Below, in pieces: positions 34,925 through 44,538 of a DNA stretch of 44,538 bases. Numbering within the stretch: position 1 is the stretch's first letter; the number at the start of each line of letters is the position of its first letter. Under the pieces are notes generated by a model, which saw nothing but the letters and a program-made list of their open reading frames with translations, was not told where the DNA came from and searched no databases. The position numbers and the translations under genes are program-made. Source of the DNA: Octopus sinensis (lineage: Eukaryota); contig NW_021835033.1 in NCBI RefSeq assembly GCF_006345805.1, forward strand, positions 1 to 44,538, in the 5' to 3' direction.

Positions 34925-35009
34925 CATCATCATCATCATTATTATTATATTATTATTGAGTGAGAGAGCAGTTCTATTATTATATTGTTATTATTATTAT
35001 TATTTACGG

Positions 35010-35044
<35 letters not shown>

Positions 35045-35237
35045 CATTATTATCATTATTATATCATTATTATTTAGTATATTATTATCATCATCATCAT
35101 CTCATCATGCATTAATTATTATGAGTATTATTATTATTATTATTAATATTATTATCCTTCATATAAATATTCTTATCATTATTATTATCATTTTTATTAT
35201 TATTCTTCTTATTGATATTATTGTCATTATTATTATC

Positions 35238-35270
<33 letters not shown>

Positions 35271-35413
35271 CCTTCATATTAATATTATTATTATTATTAT
35301 TATTGTTATTATTATTATTATTTACTGTTATTATTATTATTATTATTATATTATTATTATTATTATTATTATTATCATTATTATTATTATTATTATCATC
35401 ATCATCATCATCA

Positions 35414-35465
<52 letters not shown>

Positions 35466-35480
35466 TACTATTATTAATAT
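34470..35480. repeat. (ATT)n/(ATC)n low-complexity tract
   Basis: Direct reading. Confidence 0.9.
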
Positions 35481-36014
35481 TGTCATATCTATTTTTTTTC
35501 CAATTGTGTTAGTCTACTAGTCATTGTTGCCTTTGAAAGCCATCTGAACTGGTCCCAATCACAAGTCCCAAAAGCATTTCATTATCGTTACCATTAATAA
35601 TAATTTATTACTTCAAAATGTCATTGTTGTTAACAACTTTCCAGAACTTTCTCTTTTTCTAAACATTTTCATTCCTTAAACCATATTCTTTCTGTCCTTC
35701 TTTATCATTTCTGCTTGTCTTGTTTCGTTCATATTTAACGATTCTTTTACTACAAAACAAATTACTGATTGTTTCGCAGCTTCTCTGATGGGATCATTCG
35801 TTAATGAATAAATAAATAAATGAATAAATAATAATAATAATAATAATATAATAATAATAATAATAATGATAATAATAATAATAATAAGTAGAGTATGAAG
35901 AAAATGAAAAAAGACAGAAAAACTAGACAAAGTAATAATAATAATAATAATGATGATGATGATAATGGTGATGGTGATGGTGATAATGATGATGATGATG
36001 ATGTTATTATTATT

Positions 36015-36133
36015 GAGTAAGAGAGCAGTTTATACCATCAAAGTGACACTGGGGTAAAATATGCGAAGCCCTGTATACCCATCATGATTACCCATCTGAT
36101 AAGGGTACATCTGGCACATGCATCACAACCATA
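36015..36133 (-). mobile_element. Truncated element G
   Basis: Matches 10965-11082; flanked by (ATT)n. Confidence 0.8.
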
Positions 36134-36140
36134 TTATTAT

Positions 36141-36171
<31 letters not shown>

Positions 36172-36269
36172 ATTATTATTATTATTATCATTTATTTCAA
36201 TTTCTCAATCAGTTTTCGATGTTTTTGTCAATCCTTGTGGTTAATAGAAAAAACATTATATTATCATCA

Positions 36270-36306
<37 letters not shown>

Positions 36307-36332
36307 CATTATTATCATTATTATTATTATTA

Positions 36333-36363
<31 letters not shown>

Positions 36364-36729
36364 TTGTCTTGTTTTTCTTTCTTTTCTCATCTTCTTCATA
36401 CTCTATTTCTTTCGGGTTTTAGTCTTCTTTTTTTCTTTTCTTTTCTTCTTCCTCTTCATGCTTCTCCTTCTTTGTCGTATCCTTTCCCTTACTTCTTAAC
36501 TTCCCCAAGCCCTTTCACTATCTCTCCCTTTCACTATCCCCTACCACACACCACCACCACACGACCCGGCCAGAAATCCCATTGGTCTAAAAGCGGACAC
36601 TCAAAGTAAGACGAATCTTAGAATACTTTGCAAGGAGTTTCTTTCAAATATCAGAAGATCATATGCATAGCACCAGCAGCAACAGCAGCAGTAGCAGCAG
36701 CAGCATCAGCAGTAGTAGTAGTAGTAGCT

Positions 36730-36763
<34 letters not shown>

Positions 36764-38155
36764 CAGCAGCAGCAGCAGCATGTTCTCATTAGTGTTTCAG
36801 TGACATCAGAAGGAAATGTGTGTCTACTTTGTTAGGTAACTTAAATATGTTTCCCAGCTAACTGTATTCGATGTATTTATTGCAGGGTTTCAGTAATGGT
36901 ATATAAGCACACTAGTAGGTCAGGGGAGAGGGGATAAATTCCCTGACAAGACAAGAGTTGTGCTACACTGCATTTAAATATGGACCAACTTGGTTTAAAG
37001 TAGTCTTTCTTGGATAATAAGGATCAGTGGCCTAACACACATTAACAGAGTGATTCTTCAATGGCAACAATATAATATACTGGCTGTTTTGTTGATCAAT
37101 GCTTCAGGCCATTGCAAGTTATGCAGTTTCTTGTGGGGACAAAGAGGGCAATTACAAGCGCCAAATGAGTAAGTGGGGTCTCTATCAGATGCCCTATGTG
37201 ATGTTGGAGAAGTTGTTTCCTTGCTCCAAGAGTCACCAGGCAAAGCAGGATAGAGAGTTGAATTTTTTCTTGTCTTTGAACCTGAAGGAGTGCGTGTGTT
37301 GTGTATATCTATCTTTGAATTCATTGGCTGTTAGGCCTGTACACTCTCTTGAGATGTAAGTGACTGATGTGAGAGTGGCTTTATAAACCACAGCCTTTGA
37401 GTGGCAGGATCCATTCAGTGGACTGTTAGTGTGCTTTTAACAGTTACAGGCTGAGGGATAAAAATGGGGGATTTTGTAGATGTGTGTGTGTGTGTGCTTT
37501 GTTGTATCATACAAATTTAGAAGTGATGGTGGCCTTGCCATGGGATTAATGTAATATGTTATTGGCTGAGAAAGTTTGTACTCATGTGGATTAGCCAATG
37601 ATTAGCATTCTTTATTGGATATATATGCCAATTGCAAAGAAGATAAAGACCAGTATTTCATCTACTAATGTCACTGCTATTGCTCATTGTTTCCTTACTA
37701 TACAACAAAACTATCTCTGTTATTATTCACACCACCCTACTATATGCCAGAACTGTATCACTACAAACAGCACTGATTGATTAATTCCATACGAAGTTTC
37801 ATACCATTCTCTGTATTAACTTATGTCTTTGTCTTAAACCCTTTCTCCTGTCTACCATGTTATAGCCAAGATAACAAAAATCTGTGACAATAACAAGTTG
37901 ATCTCCTTAGGCAGTGTTTATCATTGTGGGCTAAAAAACTCATCAATTACTCTGAACTATCAAGTATTTATCACTTCATCTGCCTAGCTCATCTCTGATT
38001 CAGTTCTCTTTTACTTAAACTACTATCAGTCTTTTTATATACTAATCTACCCATCAGCATATTTGTCTATATATCAATGTCTCTCTCTCTCTCCCTATTT
38101 ATCTATCTATGTCTGTCTCTCTCTCTAGCTCTATGTCTCTCTCTCTAGTTCTATG

Positions 38156-38210
<55 letters not shown>

Positions 38211-38251
38211 AGTTCTATGTCTCTCTCTCTCTCTATATATATATCTAGTTC

Positions 38252-38621
<370 letters not shown>

Positions 38622-38801
38622 TAATACTGTACCAAGAGGTTTCTTTTTATTGTTCTACTATATATATATATATATATATACACAAACACACACAAATACA
38701 CATAAACACATACACACGCACATATGTGTGTGTGTGTGTGTATGTATTTTTATATACATCTATAAATACACACATATGCACACACACACACTCAAACACG
38801 C

Positions 38802-38833
<32 letters not shown>

Positions 38834-39333
38834 TTATCAGCCTGTCTACCTATATATATATATATATATTTATATATATACACACATATATATATACATA
38901 TAAATATATACATATAAATATATTTATATGTATACATACATATATTTATATATATACATATAAATATACATATAATATATATAAAATATATATATATATT
39001 ATATATAAATATATATATATCATCATCATGATATATATATATATATATATATACATTATTATATTATATATATTATATATAATATATAGATCGATAGATA
39101 CCTATGTATATATAGTATATATATAGATGTATATATATATAGATATAGAAACACATCCATGTAAACAATCTATAATAACTAGTTCTCTCATACCTATCTC
39201 TTGATCTCTTTCTATCTCATGTCTCTTTAAGTCATCCTACCACCGCCTCTCACCTCACCCTCTCAACACATCCTCGGCTCTGCCTCCTCTCCATCCTCTC
39301 ATTCTATTCTAACCATTTTCCTTCATCTTTCAG

Positions 39334-39378
39334 TGGGAACGACGTTTCATGTCTGTTTATGCCTATAGAGGCCAAATG
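39334..39378 (+). CDS. Candidate 45-nt micro-exon in the DI-DII linker
   Basis: Branch-like TTCTAAC at 39307-39313, pyrimidine tract, tttcag|TGG...ATG|gtaaac; length divisible by 3; phase 0 reading WERRFMSVYAYRGQM is open; no homology support. Confidence 0.4.
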
Positions 39379-41354
39379 GTAAACTTTTCATTTTTGTTTA
39401 TGTACCTCTACCTGCCCAGCTACTCATCATTCCCCGTCCTGCCTCCTCTTCATCCATCATTGTGTTCAATTCTACCCACTGTACAATTGTCGTCCCTATT
39501 GCTTACTAACAACATTCAACCATCCACCCACCCATACGGTGTAGTGTAACATCAGTCCTTCCTCTCAAACCTTGCTTACAACCTTCAGGGCCAGTGTTGG
39601 GATGGGGGAACTACGTGTCAGGGGTAGGGAGAAGTGAAACCCCTTTCACTCGACATGGCCTTACACATGCAGACATACATATATACACGCATACATATAT
39701 ACATATGCACAAGCATATACATACATACACATTCACACACATATGCACGTGTACATTCATATATATATATATGTGCACATATATGTACATACTCATGCAT
39801 AATGCACACATTTGCATACACATACACATAAATGCACATACACATAAACACCCACATACATGTACTCATGCACACACACACAACACAAACACATATACAT
39901 ACATACACACATATGTATGTACACATTCATACACACATGCACGCGTGCACACAGACACACTCACATATATAGACATATACATACGCACACAAACATACAA
40001 ACACATATACATGCACACCTCACATACAAACTCACATATATACATATATTCACATACACATACACACATACACATATACACATACATATCAAACAACATT
40101 ATCATCATCATCATCATCATAATCCTCATCATCATTTTACATTCATTCTTTTCCCATGTTTGCAAGGGTTGGGCAGGGGTCTCCTCCAGCGTAGTGCTTC
40201 GCCATTTATTGTTGCCCCTTGTCATCTCCTTCGTAAGCTTCAACATCCTTTGGTCAACATATTTTTTTGTCTTGTTTTGTTTTGTGTTGTGTTGTTTTGT
40301 GGGTGACCAGCCTATCACTGACCCCTCAAAAGCATGGCCTGGGTGCTTTGCATCATGTCATTGGCCCCCATCTCCTCTATACTCATTCAGCTTTTATTCA
40401 GTGTCATTGTTGTCCTAAATGCATTACCTTCAAGTCAGATCCCATAGACCCCTGTCTCTTTAGTGCAACAAGGATCAGCGATCTTTATACATGCTGTTGG
40501 GTTTGTTTAGGGAGCCCCCAACATCCTAAACATGTTGCCATGACTACAAATTCAAGAGCTGCATCTCTCACCAAAATATCGGCAGAGAGGGTAGCTTGAT
40601 GAGAACTGGGACACACACACACACACACACACAGTCACATACACACACTCACATGCTCACATACACACACACTCACACACACATACACACAAACACACTC
40701 ATACATTCATATATGCACACATGCACACATGCACACACACACTCACATATACTCACTTACACGCATACATATACACACGCACTCACACACACATACATAC
40801 ACACACACTCACATACACACACGCTCACATACATACACACTCACTCACACACTCACACTCACACATACACACAAACACACAAACACACATTGATATATGA
40901 ATATATACATACATATATGAATTTATACATAGATAGTGATGATGGTGGTGGTGGTGGTGGTGGTGGTGGTGGGTGGTGGTGGTGGTGGTGGTGGTGGTAA
41001 CAGTGATGATAGACAGATAGACAGACAGATAACTTTCTTTATTGGACGCACAGGGCTGAACACAGAGGAGACAAATACAAATGTAGAGCTTTTCTTTTCA
41101 AAGATGGTGTGGTGGTATTAGTTGTAGTGGTAGTGATTGTTGTTTTGTTGTGATAAGTGTGGCGCATTGTGGTTGTAATTGTTGCTGTTGTAGTTGTAAT
41201 CTTTGTTGATGTATAGGTATGTGGTGTGGTGGTGGTGGTGGTGGGTGGGGAGCGGGGTTACTTGATGTATTTGTGCTGTAAGGGGACAACAGCAACAACA
41301 ACAGCAACAACTGGAAATGATAAATCATACAGCTGAAAGAAATTTTGGGGAAAA

Positions 41355-41680
41355 GAGAAGGGCGGGGGGGAGAGGGGAGGAGGAGGGGGAGGGAGGCGGA
41401 GGAGGAGGCGGAGGAGAGGAGGAGGAGGAGGAGGGAGGGAGGTGGCGGAGGAGGCGGAGGAGGGAGGGAGGTGGCGGAGGAGGAGGGGATGACAGAGGAA
41501 GAAAGGGGTTGAGGAGGGAGGTGATGGAGGAAGAAGGGAGTTGAGGAGGAGGGGGTGATGGAGGAAGAAGGGGTGAAAGAGGAGAGGAGGACGGTGTAGG
41601 AGGAAAAGGAGGAGTAAGAAAAACAAGGAGGAGGAGAAAGAAGGGAGAAGAAGGAGGGGTAAGAAGAGGAGGAGGAGGTG
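41355..41680. repeat. (GGA)n G-rich polypurine tract
   Basis: Direct reading. Confidence 0.85.
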
Positions 41681-42614
41681 TGATGGTGTTAATAGTGGTG
41701 GTCATGGTGGGAGGTGGAGAGGAAAGAGAGGACAATATGATTGACTCATAGTTTGCGGAATTTGGGCCAATTGCCAAAATTGTGATTGGATGTTGAAAAT
41801 GTGACATATTGAGTTTGAAGTGTTATGACAGAAAGGCCTGGAAATCTAATTCATCATATATTGGCCTGTAAACAAAGATCGGACTCTCCTTCCTCCAAAC
41901 ATGTAAACAAAGACCAAACTCTCCTTTCTCTAAGTACATAAACAAACCCTGAGAAATTAATTCCCTAATTTTTTCTGTAATAATCTCCCCTTTTATTTGA
42001 GAGTTGCTATCGACTACTACTTGGATTTGTCGGCTACTTTCACTTTCAGAATGTTTGTATCCAGAAATCAGAGCATCACTCTATAAAATCTTCATCAAAA
42101 TTCTTGCCAGTGGCCCACTTGAGTTACATCCCTTTGCTTATTTCTGTTTACGTAATTGAAGTTCTGATTGTTGGTCTTAGCATACTTTGAAATCCCTAAC
42201 ATATGTAAGAACTTAGCTTTTCACCTTCAGTTATGTATAAATAAAGGAACTGCCCAAGTATGGTAGGAGCTGTTTCAGTTTCTTGTACAAAAGTCCATCC
42301 CAAGTCAGCATCCATAGTGCTAGTTTCCCTTATCATCATACAATAAAACAGATGGTTTTTAGTCCCTGACACAACACGAACACGCATGTACACGCACCTT
42401 TAATGTGTCGTGTTACTCCCCAAACACACAGTTCACAATTAAGACACTGCCACAATACTTTTAGGCTTTGGGACTCTTGCTCTTCTCCATTCGTATTTCT
42501 GGATATGAAGTGACCCTACATTTCCAATAGAATGACTCTGTGACGTCAGTTCTAATCCAACTTGCACTCATCATTATAACCAGTTGGTACTGGATTCACA
42601 TTAACATACACATA

Positions 42615-42760
42615 GGCACGGGAGTGGCTGTGTGGTAAGTAGCTTGCTTACCAACCACATGGTTCCAGGTTCAATGCCACTGTGTGGTATCTTGGGCAAG
42701 TGTCTTCTGCTATAGCTTCAGCCTTCTGAGTGGATTTTGTAGATGGAAACTGAAAGAAGC

Positions 42761-42810
<50 letters not shown>

Positions 42811-42864
42811 TGTATATATATATGTGTGGTGTGTGTATGCATATATATATATATGTGTGTGTGG

Positions 42865-42895
<31 letters not shown>

Positions 42896-43210
42896 CACAC
42901 ACAGCACACACACACAGACACACACACACACACAGACACACACAGACACACACACACACATATATATATATACATATCTATGTGTGTGTGTGTGTGTCTG
43001 TGTTTGTCACCCCCATCATCACTTGACAACCAGTATTGGTGTGTTTACATCCTTCTAACTTAGCAGTTCAGCAAAAGAGACCAATAGAATAAGTACCAGG
43101 CTTTAAAAATAAGTGCTGGGGGTTGATTTGTTTGACTAGCAATTCGAGCAAGTGCCCCAGCATGGCCGTATAATGACTGAAACGGGTAAAATATAAAAGA
43201 TAAAAAAGAT
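42615..43210 (+). mobile_element. SINE family A
   Basis: ggcacgggagtggctgtgtggtaagtagcttg ... cagcatggccg ... gactgaaac. Confidence 0.85.
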
Positions 43211-43219
43211 GACAAGGGT

Positions 43220-43835
43220 GTCAGTGACCCACTGACTTTTGAACTTCCAATAATGACCTTATGACCTTTCCACTACCAATACTGACCAATTGACATTTCA
43301 ACTATCAAGGTGAACTGAAAGGTGACATAATAACCTTTCAATTATCAATGGTGACCTAATGACCTTCCAACTACCAGTACTGACCTAGTGACCTTTCAGC
43401 TACTTATACTTACCTAGTGACCTTTCAGCTACTTATACTGACCTAGTGACCTTTCAGCAACTTATACTGACCTAGTGACCTTTCAACAAGCATTGGTAAC
43501 TTAGTGACCTTTCAACAAACATTGGTGACCTAGTGACCTTTCAAGCTCCAACAGTGGCCTACTGATATCCCAACAACCCATGGCGACTTTGTGACCTTTC
43601 AACACCAATACTGGTCTAGTGACATTTCAGTCGACCTAATATATTGACCTACTGACCTTTCAATTTCCAATGTTTTGACTTGGTGACATTTCAACTAAAA
43701 ATAGTATCTAAATGACCTTTTGACTACAAATGATGACTCGATGGCATTTCAACTAAAATGGTAACCTAATGACCTTTCAACTACAAATGGTGACCTGGTG
43801 ACCTTTCAGCCATCAATGTTAACCCAATCAATTTC
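43220..43835. repeat. 29-bp minisatellite (GACCTAGTGACCTTTCAGCTACTTATACT)
   Basis: Near-identical units at 43382-43480, more diverged towards both ends. Confidence 0.85.
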
Positions 43836-44357
43836 AAGAGTCACAAAATGTGGAGTTATCAGGCAAAGATGGCCTGGCCTTGAACAATAGCATCTCACTT
43901 GTCAGATGCACACTGTGTCATTGATGTAGATGTTCAATAATGTAACCACCATGTCCTAGTGCCATTAGTGTTGATGTTCAATATTGTAACCACTACATTC
44001 TTGTGCCATTTATGTGGATGTTCATTACCAGACCTGTCAGATACATTCTAATGTCTTTGTAGATATTGTTGTTGTTCAAGTTGCTGACAGTGTTGCTGTT
44101 GCCTTCTTAATTTTCAATGAAAGCTAAATCAATGACTTAGGATTTTGTGGCTGTTAATGTATGTGTGTCTGTGTGTGTGTGTTGGGGCATGTATCCATAT
44201 GCTTATGTATGTGTAACTTTGCAGAGATGTCACTCTGTGCATGTGTGTAATTCATATAAGGAACATATATGTGTTTCATGTATGTGTAATGTATACATAT
44301 ATGTATAAAATTACAACTTTCATATACATACATAACATACATATATATAATATATCT

Positions 44358-44415
<58 letters not shown>

Positions 44416-44462
44416 ATATAACATGTATATATATTACATATATATATATATATATACATATG

Positions 44463-44496
<34 letters not shown>

Positions 44497-44538
44497 GGAA
44501 GGGCATCCAGCTGTAGAAACTCTGCCAGATCAGATTGG

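Noticed and set aside
35770-35810. Acceptor-like gtttcgcag as the next channel exon
   Set aside because: Phase-0 reading stops at once (CTT CTC TGA) and there is no good donor.
37000-37800. Complex non-repetitive sequence with short ORFs
   Set aside because: No recognisable protein motif or consistent splice signals; possibly an old transposon, but this cannot be supported from the sequence alone.
43220-43835. CRISPR-like regularly spaced repeats
   Set aside because: Units are contiguous with no unique spacers, in a eukaryotic intron, with no cas genes.

Overview
AT-rich, microsatellite-dense animal genomic DNA, most likely from an octopod cephalopod. That assignment is inferred from the repeat landscape and from protein similarity, recalled rather than searched, to the squid brain sodium channel. 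The window lies inside one large + strand gene for a voltage-gated sodium channel alpha subunit, probably Nav2-type. Five GT-AG exons (3341-3450, 6770-6982, 8107-8167, 12299-12443, 25342-25476) splice in frame (664 nt) and encode domain I from S3/S4 through S5, the P-loop (TQDYWED) and S6. One or two candidate micro-exons may follow in the DI-DII linker. The introns hold at least four SINE-like families, piggyBac-type and mariner-type MITEs, a decayed RTE-like LINE endonuclease, a Penelope-like GIY-YIG fragment, minisatellites and long microsatellites. The most notable signals are several minimal hammerhead-ribozyme-like motifs in inverted or tandem pseudo-LTR-like arrangements, SINE concatemers sharing one self-complementary junction, MITE concatemers sharing one spacer, and an element found only inside (ATT)n tracts. 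Almost all long ORFs in the supplied track are microsatellite artefacts.
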